Under the pieces are notes generated by a model that saw only the letters and a program-made list of their open reading frames with translations, was not told where the DNA came from and ran no database searches. Source: a virus (lineage: Duplodnaviria; Heunggongvirae; Uroviricota; Caudoviricetes). From it: a stretch of 64,000 bases of DNA. Positions 18,035-27,182 of this stretch are shown piece by piece. The translations under genes and the position numbers were made by a program. The stretch is from the IMG/VR virus record IMGVR_UViG_3300027777_000022; one strand, 5' to 3'. Every line of letters starts with the position of its first letter. Positions within the stretch are counted from its first letter, which is position 1.

Positions 18035-18550
18035 ATGTTGAAGAAAATTATTGACTTTTTTACTGGTAAAAAGCCTGCACCCGCAGAGCCAGTGGACGCT
18101 TGGCCGCCAACAGCCACAGCGCCATACCAGATTCCTGAACCTGCTGCTACAACACCAATTCCGAATATTCCGTCCGTTGCTGTGCCAATTCCATACAGAT
18201 TTCAACCACCGGCAGCAGAAACAACAAACACGCCGCCTGTGGCTGTGCTGATCTCACCCGAACCTGCTGCGACACCACCAATCTCATTGACTCTGGCCAA
18301 CGAGCCGCCAAAGTGTGGTTGCGGACGTAGCTCAACAGGATTCTGTGTTGGACTGCATAAACTTTCACCAGAAGCCTGGGCAGCTAAACAAGCAACCATC
18401 AACCCTGCTGCTGTTGAAATTGCAACAGAATCTGCTCAACCAGAAAAGAAAAACCGCACATTTACTAGAAAATCAGCAGAACCAAAAGCAGCCAAGAAAC
18501 CTGCTGCAATCAAAGCACCTGCCAACCCTCGAGCCAAAAAGTCCCAGTAA
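18035..18550 (+). CDS. Pro/Ala-rich protein with CDGSH-like Fe-S motif and basic tail
   Basis: AGGAG SD; KCGCGRSSTGFCVGLH; internal PEPAATTPI/PEPAATPPI repeat; histone-H1-like KAAKKPAA tail. Confidence 0.7.
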   Translation: MLKKIIDFFTGKKPAPAEPVDAWPPTATAPYQIPEPAATTPIPNIPSVAVPIPYRFQPPAAETTNTPPVAVLISPEPAATPPISLTLANEPPKCGCGRSSTGFCVGLHKLSPEAWAAKQATINPAAVEIATESAQPEKKNRTFTRKSAEPKAAKKPAAIKAPANPRAKKSQ

Positions 18551-18573
18551 TAAACACCAGCTTTTTCTGCCAC

Positions 18574-18607
18574 AAACCCCACTTAAATACAAGTGGGGTT
18601 TTTCTTT
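18574..18607 (+). terminator. intrinsic terminator whose loop carries TAAATA
   Basis: AAACCCCACTT-AAATAC-AAGTGGGGTTT followed by TTCTTT. Confidence 0.75.
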
Positions 18608-18641
18608 GCCCGCATAATAATAATAACAATCAGGAGCAATC

Positions 18642-19163
18642 ATGGCACAATCACGTAGTGAGCGCGAAGCACGAATCAAAGATAAAGCAGGATGGGCAAT
18701 CACTGTGATTGCCGCACTGCTGGCAGTTAACACTTATGTTGCCAATGGCATCAGCAGCGAAGTGCTTACCAAAACAATCCGAGCCAATGACACTTGGAAC
18801 TTTTATCAAAGCAAAAGCATCAAGCAAACCATTGCAGAAAATGCTCGAGATGAAGCTGCGGCTCGAAAAGATACAAAGAAAGTTCAAGAACTCACAGCCC
18901 GGATTGATCGTTACGAAAGTGATCCTGTTCAAGGTGAAGGTAAACAACAATTAATGGCACGAGCTCGACAACTAGAACAAGAACGTGATCAAGCCAAAAA
19001 ACACAGTCCTTGGCTCACGTTTGCAGGATCTGCATTGCAGTTGAGTATCGTGTTGTTGAGTGCCAGCATCTTGGCAGTGAGTATGGGCATGTTCTACGCC
19101 AGCATTGGAGTGGGCATGATTGGTGCTGTTTTGATGGCCCAAGGAATATGGCTGTTTATCTAA
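18642..19163 (+). CDS. DUF4337-like membrane protein
   Basis: TM helix, ANDTWNFYQSKSIK, coiled coil, two C-terminal TM helices. Confidence 0.75.
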   Translation: MAQSRSEREARIKDKAGWAITVIAALLAVNTYVANGISSEVLTKTIRANDTWNFYQSKSIKQTIAENARDEAAARKDTKKVQELTARIDRYESDPVQGEGKQQLMARARQLEQERDQAKKHSPWLTFAGSALQLSIVLLSASILAVSMGMFYASIGVGMIGAVLMAQGIWLFI

Positions 19164-19175
19164 TGACCATGACCC

Positions 19176-19379
19176 ATGCACACATACTATCCTATCATAG
19201 CCCTGGCTGCAATATTCATTAGTGCCTCCTCTCCACAACCAATACCTGATGCCAAGTTAGATAAAAATCAAGAATACGTTTGTGTGCAGTGGCACGGCAG
19301 TGCAGACCATACCCAGCATCACCCCAGCGTGTGTTTGAAATGGGAAGTTCGGGACAAACCTTTTCACAGGAGGGTTTAG
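19176..19379 (+). CDS. small exported hypothetical protein
   Basis: Signal-like N-terminus; YVCVQW...VCLKWE. Confidence 0.55.
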   Translation: MHTYYPIIALAAIFISASSPQPIPDAKLDKNQEYVCVQWHGSADHTQHHPSVCLKWEVRDKPFHRRV

Positions 19380-19871
19380 ATGATAGATCCCTTCACAGCA
19401 TTTGCCTTGGCTCAGGGCGCAGTCAAAGGTATCAAAGCTGCAATACAATTAGGCAAGGACGTGAATGGACTTTACAAAGAGTTCAGTACATTCTTTCAAT
19501 CTGCAGATGAAGTTCATCGTGCCAGTACAAAAATGCGGATAGATAATATTGGTAAAACTGATGCTCAAATCAGTGACCAGGCGTTACAGATAGCCATGCA
19601 ATCAAAGCAATTGCGAGACCATGAAAAAGAACTAAAAGACTTGTTATTCTGGAGTGGTAATGCGCAGGTCTGGGAAGAAATGCAAGCTGAGCGACTGCGC
19701 ATGATGAAAGAACGCAATGCCGCTGAAAAAGCCATTGCTGACAAAAAACAAAAAGATCGAGAAGCCATGGCAGAACTGTTCATGAACTCCATGTATTTTA
19801 TAGGTGCATTGTTGATAGTTGTTCCTGTTATATACGGAACATATTACATTATTGTCAATCGGGGATTTTGA
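19380..19871 (+). CDS. coiled-coil protein with C-terminal TM helix
   Basis: MIDPFTAFALAQGAVKGIK N-terminus; 163 aa. Confidence 0.7.
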   Translation: MIDPFTAFALAQGAVKGIKAAIQLGKDVNGLYKEFSTFFQSADEVHRASTKMRIDNIGKTDAQISDQALQIAMQSKQLRDHEKELKDLLFWSGNAQVWEEMQAERLRMMKERNAAEKAIADKKQKDREAMAELFMNSMYFIGALLIVVPVIYGTYYIIVNRGF

Positions 19872-19872
19872 T

Positions 19873-20874
19873 TCAGGATCGAGCACTTACCAAATTGTCT
19901 CGGAATATTTCCCATGCATGCTGCCAACTCCAACGTTGACTGCCTGCCAGCACTTGATCTCTGCTCAATTGCAAGCACCCGGACACAGCGTCAGCTAGAC
20001 TTTCATTCACAAATCCAGTCACACCCGGTTCAATCACATCTTCAGGACCTTGACAAGGATACGCTGCTACTGGTGTGCCGCAGGCCATTGCTTCAATCAT
20101 CACAATACCAAATGTTTCCCAACGGCTGGGAAATACAAATACTTCAGCATTGGCATAATATCGAGCCAGCTCTACGCCAATTTTGAATCCAGTGAATGTG
20201 ACATCAGGATATTGTTTCTTGTATGTTTCCAACATGGGTCCGTCGCCTACCATGATCTTTTGGTAACCAGGATAATCCAACTCCAAGAAAGCTTCTAGAT
20301 TTTTTTCTTTACTGACTCGACTCACACACAGCAAATATTTGGCAGGAAAGTTTTCTCTTAGGTCAGGCTTGAAGATCTCACGATCAACACCACGTGTCCA
20401 AGGAACAACTTCTCCGCGAAACCCATGTGCCTTGAGTTCTTGAACCATGCTGTCTGTGGTAGTTAAAACTTTTCCGCTGTGCTTGTGGAACCAACGCACA
20501 AATCTCCAGGTCACGGTCTCAGGAATTCCAAATAACTTTTTCAAACCTTCAGGAAACTTAGTGTGATAAGCGGTATTATGCCTAATACCAGCCAATGACA
20601 AATACCTTCTAGCCCAACAACCAAGAGGACCTTCTGTTGCGATGTGTATATAATCCGGAGCAATCTCCTTGATCTTCTTGCCCATGTGGCGCGGCCAGGC
20701 AATTTTGACTTCGTGATATTTAGGGCAATCAATGTAGCGGAACCACCCGGGATGCAACACCACAACGTTATAGTCATCCAAAACCGCACATGCCTCGATA
20801 TTCTTGTAGGTCGTGACCACGCCATTTATCTGCTCCGGTAAGTTGTCGGTGATGATGAGAATGGTTTTTGTCAT
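19873..20874 (-). CDS. GT4 family glycosyltransferase (Agt/PimA-like lipid glycosyltransferase)
   Basis: ITDN...QINGVVTT, HIATEGPLG, YHTKFPE, RVSKEKN, FPSRWETFGIVMIEAMACGTPV. Confidence 0.9.
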   Translation of the reverse strand: MTKTILIITDNLPEQINGVVTTYKNIEACAVLDDYNVVVLHPGWFRYIDCPKYHEVKIAWPRHMGKKIKEIAPDYIHIATEGPLGCWARRYLSLAGIRHNTAYHTKFPEGLKKLFGIPETVTWRFVRWFHKHSGKVLTTTDSMVQELKAHGFRGEVVPWTRGVDREIFKPDLRENFPAKYLLCVSRVSKEKNLEAFLELDYPGYQKIMVGDGPMLETYKKQYPDVTFTGFKIGVELARYYANAEVFVFPSRWETFGIVMIEAMACGTPVAAYPCQGPEDVIEPGVTGFVNESLADAVSGCLQLSRDQVLAGSQRWSWQHAWEIFRDNLVSARS

Positions 20875-21761
20875 TGAATTTTCAACTTGATAAAATCCAC
20901 AATACGTTGTGCCATGTCCTGGTTGCAATACTTGTCCATACCTTCAAATCCAGGACTTGAATTGGCTTCACATATTTTATAGCCATCTTTGTCAAACAAC
21001 AAATCAACTCCTGCTATCTGTAAACCCAACACATGAGCTGTTTCTCTAGCAAGATAATCCACTTCTTCTGTGATTTCAAATAGTTCTGCTGTGCCACCTT
21101 GACTGATATTGGCACGGAAATCTCCGTCGGCTCCGGTACGTTTCATTGCAACCACTGTTTTTCCACCAATCACCCAAACACGAAGATCTGTACCAGGCTG
21201 GGCATCCACAAACTCTTGAATGATCATGGTTTTCTTTAGAGAAATACTGGATAACAAACTCATCAGCCCTGCAAAATCTTTTTTGTTGTGACATAGATGA
21301 ACAGTTTTTCCTTTGCTGCCACTGGTGGCTTTGACCACACAAGGGAATCCTATTTCTTTTTCAATTAACTCAACATCAACATCTCCGTTGACCAATATGG
21401 TTTTTGGAATAGGTAAATTTTTTTTAACCAGCAATTGACTAGTCAGCAGTTTGTCAGACACTTTGCTGATGCTGTCAGCATCGTTGATCACCGGGATGCC
21501 AAATTTTTCAATTTGTCTCATGACCGAACGTGTGAAATAATTGGTGCCGGCCCCGGTTCTGCTTAGCACCAAATCAGGCAATTCAATTTTTTCACCCCGG
21601 TAACGTATGCTTTTGATAGAACTGCGACTGACAATGATATCAAAATATTTAGGCTCAAGAACTTGCCCCTTCATTCCGTTTTTTTCCAAACACTTCAACA
21701 ACTGCTGATTTTCGTAGGAATTGATTTCTGCTGCATAGTGCAAGATCCAGATGTGTTTCAT
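20871..21761 (-). CDS. RimK-family ATP-grasp ligase
   Basis: DKLLTSQLL, P-K-T, VVKATSGSKG, IQEFV, DLRVWVIGG, FRANISQGG, GVDLL, CEANSSPGF. Confidence 0.9.
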   Translation of the reverse strand: MKHIWILHYAAEINSYENQQLLKCLEKNGMKGQVLEPKYFDIIVSRSSIKSIRYRGEKIELPDLVLSRTGAGTNYFTRSVMRQIEKFGIPVINDADSISKVSDKLLTSQLLVKKNLPIPKTILVNGDVDVELIEKEIGFPCVVKATSGSKGKTVHLCHNKKDFAGLMSLLSSISLKKTMIIQEFVDAQPGTDLRVWVIGGKTVVAMKRTGADGDFRANISQGGTAELFEITEEVDYLARETAHVLGLQIAGVDLLFDKDGYKICEANSSPGFEGMDKYCNQDMAQRIVDFIKLKIQ

Positions 21762-21910
21762 TATTCTGCCATTTCATCTGAGTCTTGTTCAATTTCTTGA
21801 TTGTCAAAATCTTCAGGCAAGTCTGCTTCATCCTCAGGTGTGTCTTTTTCCAGCTTGTTGTCCTGCTGAAAAGCATTTAGCCAATCAAACGGATTAAAAA
21901 TATTATTCAT
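21761..21910 (-). CDS. 49-aa acidic peptide ending in Glu, candidate RimK substrate
   Basis: MNNIFNPFDWLNAFQQDNKLEKDTPEDEADLPEDFDNQEIEQDSDEMAE; AAGGAG SD; TAATG overlap with the ligase start. Confidence 0.7.
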   Translation of the reverse strand: MNNIFNPFDWLNAFQQDNKLEKDTPEDEADLPEDFDNQEIEQDSDEMAE

Positions 21911-22661
21911 CATCTTTCTCCTTTGTCCATGTAATTATCTCCCAGGCACCGTCATGGTGCTCAACCAAGGCAGTACACGATTCAACCCAGTCCCCGTCGT
22001 TCATGTAAACAATACCATTTATTTCTTTTATTTCTGCGTGATGTATGTGTCCACAAATGACGCCATCAAACCCTCTCTTGCGGCAATACCCAACAAGAGT
22101 GAGCTCAAACTTAAACATAAAATCCACGGCTTTTTTAACACGATGCTTGAGATACTGAGACAGACTCCAGTAGCCAAACCCCATGCGATGACGCACCCAA
22201 TTAAATCTAGTGTTAAGAGTGAGGACAATGTCATATGCTTTATCCCCTAAAAAACTCAGCCATGGTGCTAGTCTTGTGATGCCATCAAACATGTCACCGT
22301 GTGTGACCAAGTAATGTTTACCGTCGGCACCTATATGTTCTGTTTGATTGTGTATTTCAATGAGTCCAAAACTGAAACCATATGGAATCATAGGACGCAA
22401 AAATTCGTCATGATTGCCTGCAATATAAATCACACGGGTGCCATGTTTGGCATGGCCGAGAACTCTACGCACCACATTGGTGTGGCTTTGTTTCCACCGC
22501 CATTTGTTTTGTTGGATTCTCCAGGCATCTATTATATCTCCTACCAGATATAACGTATCGCAAGAGTTGTGTTTGAGAAAATTATTAAGTTTGTCTGCCT
22601 GGCAATCTTTAGTACCAAGGTGTACGTCTGACACAAAAATTGATCGGTATGTTTTTTGCAT
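21903..22661 (-). CDS. PlcP/LpxH-like metallophosphoesterase (UDP-2,3-diacylglucosamine hydrolase family)
   Basis: YRSIFVSDVHLG, LYLVGDIIDAW, GNHDE, HGDMFD, CGHIH, YMNDGDWVESCTALVE. Confidence 0.85.
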   Translation of the reverse strand: MQKTYRSIFVSDVHLGTKDCQADKLNNFLKHNSCDTLYLVGDIIDAWRIQQNKWRWKQSHTNVVRRVLGHAKHGTRVIYIAGNHDEFLRPMIPYGFSFGLIEIHNQTEHIGADGKHYLVTHGDMFDGITRLAPWLSFLGDKAYDIVLTLNTRFNWVRHRMGFGYWSLSQYLKHRVKKAVDFMFKFELTLVGYCRKRGFDGVICGHIHHAEIKEINGIVYMNDGDWVESCTALVEHHDGAWEIITWTKEKDDE

Positions 22662-22710
22662 ATGGTATTTACATAAAAAATCATGCTAATCATATTACAC
22701 TTGTGTTACA

Positions 22711-22869
22711 TTAAATCTGCACCAGGGTCCACTTGGCGGTAAATGGTTTACCTTGGGCCTTGTGTCGTAATATTTTGCGAAACTCTTCTTTCTGAAGTTT
22801 TGCGATTGCTTCACTATCATGTGCAACACAGGCTCGATATAATTTTGTGATCAGTTTTGATTGTTTCAT
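22711..22869 (-). CDS. 52-aa basic hypothetical protein
   Basis: [52 protein letters not shown]; TATAAATA upstream. Confidence 0.55.
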   Translation of the reverse strand: MKQSKLITKLYRACVAHDSEAIAKLQKEEFRKILRHKAQGKPFTAKWTLVQI

Positions 22870-22920
22870 GGCATGCTCATCCTTGAAAACTATTTATATA
22901 GTTATTGAGATAACGTTCAA

Positions 22921-22946
22921 TAGAAAGAGCCTTGCGGCTCTTTCTA
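22921..22946. terminator. hairpin terminator downstream of uvsE
   Basis: tagaaagagcc-ttgc-ggctctttcta perfect 11-bp stem. Confidence 0.65.
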
Positions 22947-22957
22947 TACAATTTGAG

Positions 22958-23980
22958 TTACAAACTCATCCAATGTTGGTGCAATTGGTCAGTGGCCAGG
23001 TTCTTGCCCTTGGCTTCTACCTGCATGTCCCACTCTTTGCTAAAAGTCACAGCCCAATCAGTCACAGCATGATTCCACAAGAAGTCGCTATGAGCTCGCA
23101 GCTTCTGCTTGCGGTATCCAAGGTCAATGAGTTGCTCAAGGTCGGGCCGAGTATTGGGATCGTGATCAACCAAAACGTCTTCACGGCTAACACTATAGTG
23201 CAAAGCAGGACGAGTACCACGCCAAGACTCCAAAACGCGACGCGAGCGAGGGTCATCAGGCGTGATGTATTCTCCGGTGCGGATCCAGTGGTGGTGGATA
23301 TCCAGCGTAAGAGCGCAATGCTCAGCCACAAGTAAAGTAACGTCGATCCCATTTGTCATCTCATCATTTTCAATAGCGATTAGATTTCTGGCTTCTGGAG
23401 TAAGTCGACCCAAAGTGCGTAGAAACTTTGACGGACCGCCTTTGCCCGACAAATGTATATTGATCTTAAATCCATGGTCGTGCCACCCAGCACCATAACC
23501 CATCCAACGAGCCATGTCTGCATGGTATTCAAACTCCAGGATACTGCGTTCCACAATCTCGTCTGCTTCTGACGCTAGCACACAGAACTGTCCAGGATGA
23601 AAGCTGAGTCGCACACCCAGTCTGCGAGCAGCTTCTCCCACAGGGGCAAAGATCTTTTCACAGTGGTCTTGTATTTCTTGCCGTTGCCACCAGGCAATCC
23701 ATGAAGGCTCAGTGTAGCCTTGCAGCATTTCCGAACCTAGACGTACCATACGGCGTTCGGGTGCCATTGCGCCCACACGTTCAACCATCATCAATGCAGC
23801 ACGAGCATTGTGATTCATGATGTCCCATTGACGTTGTTCAGCTAGATCTTTGTGTTCACGCAACCAACGCATTGTGGTACTGCGACCGTTGATATCACGA
23901 TCCGCAGCGTTGACTTTCATGCCGCCGGTTTCGTTGGGATTGTTAAGCCATTTGCAGCAGAAACCAAATCGAGGATGCAT
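22958..23980 (-). CDS. uvsE: UV-damage endonuclease (UvsE/UVDE)
   Basis: RLSFHPGQFCVLAS, NIHLSG, IENDE, LDIHHHW, HYS, AHSD, VEAKGK. Confidence 0.9.
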   Translation of the reverse strand: MHPRFGFCCKWLNNPNETGGMKVNAADRDINGRSTTMRWLREHKDLAEQRQWDIMNHNARAALMMVERVGAMAPERRMVRLGSEMLQGYTEPSWIAWWQRQEIQDHCEKIFAPVGEAARRLGVRLSFHPGQFCVLASEADEIVERSILEFEYHADMARWMGYGAGWHDHGFKINIHLSGKGGPSKFLRTLGRLTPEARNLIAIENDEMTNGIDVTLLVAEHCALTLDIHHHWIRTGEYITPDDPRSRRVLESWRGTRPALHYSVSREDVLVDHDPNTRPDLEQLIDLGYRKQKLRAHSDFLWNHAVTDWAVTFSKEWDMQVEAKGKNLATDQLHQHWMSL

Positions 23981-23982
23981 AG

Positions 23983-24528
23983 TTATTCACCGTTGTTGTT
24001 ACCTAACAATTGTAACACATTTGGCAATAGATCTCTAGTGATATTGGCAAGTTTCTGAATGGGTTCGGCAAGATCCGTATGATGATCTACAATTACCCAT
24101 TGTTTACCGCTTGAGCGCATGGCTTCGGCTAATAGCCCAACGTAGTTGGTTCTGCGTTCGGTAGGTTTGGTTTCCAGATCAAATCCTACCATAAGGATCA
24201 CATCGGCTACACTTGATACCAAATGGGCAGCAATTATGTCGTCAACCGAATCCACAGCAAAATCAAACTCACCGACAAATGCTCTCACACCCTTGGGTGA
24301 TTTTAACTGTTCATAAACTGTTTGCGGAATGTAAAGATTGCATATCTTTGCATATCCCTGTGCTATTAATTTAGTGGCTTGCTCAGTATCCCAACATACC
24401 ACATTGTCAGTGTTGTATCCTCGTTGGGTACGCCAGCTACCCCAAACGGGAGCAAGGTCTTTTATGGCCTGCACCGGTGTGGTAGGAGGCAGCATGGTAT
24501 TCTCGGCAAATAACCATGCTATGTTCAT
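23983..24528 (-). CDS. hypothetical protein
   Basis: Start MNIAWLFAEN at ATGA overlap; ILMVGFD recalls Maf/DUF115-type sugar-handling domains. Confidence 0.6.
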   Translation of the reverse strand: MNIAWLFAENTMLPPTTPVQAIKDLAPVWGSWRTQRGYNTDNVVCWDTEQATKLIAQGYAKICNLYIPQTVYEQLKSPKGVRAFVGEFDFAVDSVDDIIAAHLVSSVADVILMVGFDLETKPTERRTNYVGLLAEAMRSSGKQWVIVDHHTDLAEPIQKLANITRDLLPNVLQLLGNNNGE

Positions 24529-25442
24529 GGCTCTCTGTGCAAGTCTAATGTGACACAATGAAACCCGCCGCCTAGTGTTCTGCTGTGGCGAAGTTGCATG
24601 GGCACAACTGTGAATTGATTCTTTTCCAAAAAATCAATCAACATGGATTGATTCTTGTCTACAATTATTGTGTGTGGATTTACTACCAGCATGTTTAATG
24701 CTATCCATTTTGATGCGTATGGATATTGGAAGAAGCCTTGTTCCTCCACATGATTACAATAGATAACTTCCCAGTCTTTCAACACCCTAGGTAAGTTTTC
24801 TGGATTGACTCTACTACCATTCACTAACACCAGGCCTTCACGCAACGGCACTATGGTTGAGTCAATATGCACGCCTGCATAGAAATTAACTAGTTCAATA
24901 TCAACAGAAGGAAACTGTCGGCACATCCAATCATATGCAGCACGATTGCCAGACGCTGATTCCAAAAAGATCCACTTGTTGTTGAGCCGTGCTATGTTAG
25001 CAGCATCTAGAGTCATTCCTTCATGTCTAGGCATGAATACATAATTGCCAGCAGCATCTGCAACGTCGCTGTAACAATCAATCTCCATGTCTCTGCAAGG
25101 ATACATCATGGCAGGATTCACAATGGTATCACCGTACACTAGCAATCGATCTCTAGGACAATAGTTGTACATGCCATCGTTCTCTTGAAAATCAATATCT
25201 GTAGGACGATGCACTTCTACATTTAGAGATCTCAACACAGCCGATAGCTCATCTAGATCTTCATTGGCTTCCCGGATGATCCAGTCAGGCACAGGGCCCG
25301 ACGGTAATGGCGTTTCTTTCCAGAGTGTGCGAGCGCTTTCTGAACGGAACACAGGATCTTTTGTTGGCCAGTTGGCATGATCGGCACGCCCTACTACTAC
25401 GGACCGCAATGGATCCCATTCATTAAAACTGTGTATCTTCAT
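24525..25442 (-). CDS. amidinotransferase (glycine / inosamine-phosphate amidinotransferase family)
   Basis: SFNEWDPLRSVVVG, CPRD, DAAN, HIDST, RTLGGGFHCVTLD with catalytic Cys and His. Confidence 0.9.
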   Translation of the reverse strand: MKIHSFNEWDPLRSVVVGRADHANWPTKDPVFRSESARTLWKETPLPSGPVPDWIIREANEDLDELSAVLRSLNVEVHRPTDIDFQENDGMYNYCPRDRLLVYGDTIVNPAMMYPCRDMEIDCYSDVADAAGNYVFMPRHEGMTLDAANIARLNNKWIFLESASGNRAAYDWMCRQFPSVDIELVNFYAGVHIDSTIVPLREGLVLVNGSRVNPENLPRVLKDWEVIYCNHVEEQGFFQYPYASKWIALNMLVVNPHTIIVDKNQSMLIDFLEKNQFTVVPMQLRHSRTLGGGFHCVTLDLHREP

Positions 25443-25960
25443 ACTGTTCCAGTAAGTTGTAATGTATATCTATTAGTTTGTCCCATGTTAGCTGCTAAAT
25501 GCACAAAGTCATCACGCCAGCTTACCCAGTCACCTGCACGCCAGTTGGTAACTGGATATCCGTTCATTTCCAGATAGTGTCCACTGGCCCAATCTTCTAA
25601 GAACACAATGGTACGTACTACAGAATGTGTGGACTCTAATCCGTGTATCAATTTGAATCTATCGTAGGTATCACTGTGTGCAGGTAATACAGATCCTGGA
25701 ACCATACGATAAAAACTCCAGGCAAATCGTTCAAACGGAAATATTGCTTGAAATTGATCAACCCAATCAGGTGCAGTATAGCGCATGTCATACATGTCGC
25801 CAGTAAATCTAGTTTGTGTATAACCTAGATCGCGCCATTTGGTCAATGACACACGATCATTAAACGGTTCGTTGATGTATTTTAGATCTCTATGCTGTAG
25901 ATCCCACCAAGGGTCCACGTGCCCTCTAGCCCAGGCATTATTTTGTACGGGTGTTGCCAT
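25439..25960 (-). CDS. 2OG-Fe(II) oxygenase-like protein
   Basis: PGSVLPAHSD (HxD), distal HLAAN, RYTLQLTG. Confidence 0.65.
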   Translation of the reverse strand: MATPVQNNAWARGHVDPWWDLQHRDLKYINEPFNDRVSLTKWRDLGYTQTRFTGDMYDMRYTAPDWVDQFQAIFPFERFAWSFYRMVPGSVLPAHSDTYDRFKLIHGLESTHSVVRTIVFLEDWASGHYLEMNGYPVTNWRAGDWVSWRDDFVHLAANMGQTNRYTLQLTGTV

Positions 25961-27182
25961 AATGGACCACAGTGATACCATTCATGATTTGTGGTAGTTT
26001 GCGCCAGGGATCCACAATTACTGATCCTGAATGTATTTTGCAGTAAGGTTGAGTGTCCGGTTGGTCGCCGGTGTATTCGTATGTGATCTTACGATTGTGT
26101 GCCCACAAGAATATTGCAGCGCCATCCACATGGTCCACCACATCAGTGGGATCATCTGCCAATGGATCAACATACACTACCTTGTGGTTGTGTTTTTCAA
26201 CATAGTGCCCAACCAAGGTCGAATAACTACCAATGCAATATGCCACATCAGGTTTGTATGCTTTGCCATGAATCACAATGGGCAAATTGTTGTTGGCTTG
26301 ACTTTCCTTTACCAAGAACTTGGCCAAGTTCTCTGCTTGTATTTCTCTGGCATGCATCACAGTATCAAACAAGTCATAACCAATCTCGTATTCTTGTGCT
26401 AGCCAGCGCAGGGCAATATTGTCACGTGGATGACAAGCACCTGCATCGCCCATGCCTGCTGTCATGTATTTTGGACCCATGATACGCATGGTGCTTCGTG
26501 CCAGGGCATCGGTCACAACATCAACATTGATATGTCCAATCTTCATGGCAAAGTCTTGCACCATGTTTACTAGTCCAACTTTGGCCGAAATAAATGTGTT
26601 GTAGAAGATTTTGATAGCTTCGCATTCATCCCAAGTGCCAATTTCGTAACGTGGATTATTCTGCATCACCGTGTCATATAGTTCTTTGAGTTCAGACGCA
26701 ACTCCAGTTAAACTGCCGTCTTCAGTTCCAATCATAATCATTTCAGGATTGACCATGTCCCATTTAACTGATCCCATGGCAATGAGATATGGGTTATACA
26801 AGAACTGATGTGCAGGATCTAACAGTGTGATAAACTTGCTGCGTGTGGTGCCAGGCAATACTGTGCTGATCAACACCACTTTTTTAGGACCACAAGCATG
26901 TGTGTTGATTTTGTGAATAGCATCAATCACTGCATCGTGCCCAAAATCTCTAGGTTCCATATGGCTGCTGGGTACTGAGCCATCGTATCCTTCTGCATGC
27001 GGAGTGGGCACAGCGATAAAAATCCATTCGCTTTCGTTGACCAACTCGTCTATGCCACATACTTTTACTGAGTCACTGGTTCTTGGGTAAATATCATAGC
27101 CTCTGACTTCATGTTTTTCGGCCATGACTTCGGCGCAATCTAATCCCAATTTTCCAATACCAATAAAACCAATTTTCTTCAT
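25938..27182 (-). CDS. UDP-glucose/GDP-mannose dehydrogenase family protein
   Basis: GIGKLG Rossmann motif, FIAVPTP, STVLPGT, K-IFYN, GACHPRD, GKAYKP. Confidence 0.9.
   Translation of the reverse strand: MKKIGFIGIGKLGLDCAEVMAEKHEVRGYDIYPRTSDSVKVCGIDELVNESEWIFIAVPTPHAEGYDGSVPSSHMEPRDFGHDAVIDAIHKINTHACGPKKVVLISTVLPGTTRSKFITLLDPAHQFLYNPYLIAMGSVKWDMVNPEMIMIGTEDGSLTGVASELKELYDTVMQNNPRYEIGTWDECEAIKIFYNTFISAKVGLVNMVQDFAMKIGHINVDVVTDALARSTMRIMGPKYMTAGMGDAGACHPRDNIALRWLAQEYEIGYDLFDTVMHAREIQAENLAKFLVKESQANNNLPIVIHGKAYKPDVAYCIGSYSTLVGHYVEKHNHKVVYVDPLADDPTDVVDHVDGAAIFLWAHNRKITYEYTGDQPDTQPYCKIHSGSVIVDPWRKLPQIMNGITVVHYGNTRTK

Noticed and set aside
21655-21876. 73-aa track ORF upstream of the RimK-like gene
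   Set aside because: Overlaps the ligase by over 100 nt and lacks an SD; the 21761..21910 frame has an SD and exact stop-start coupling.
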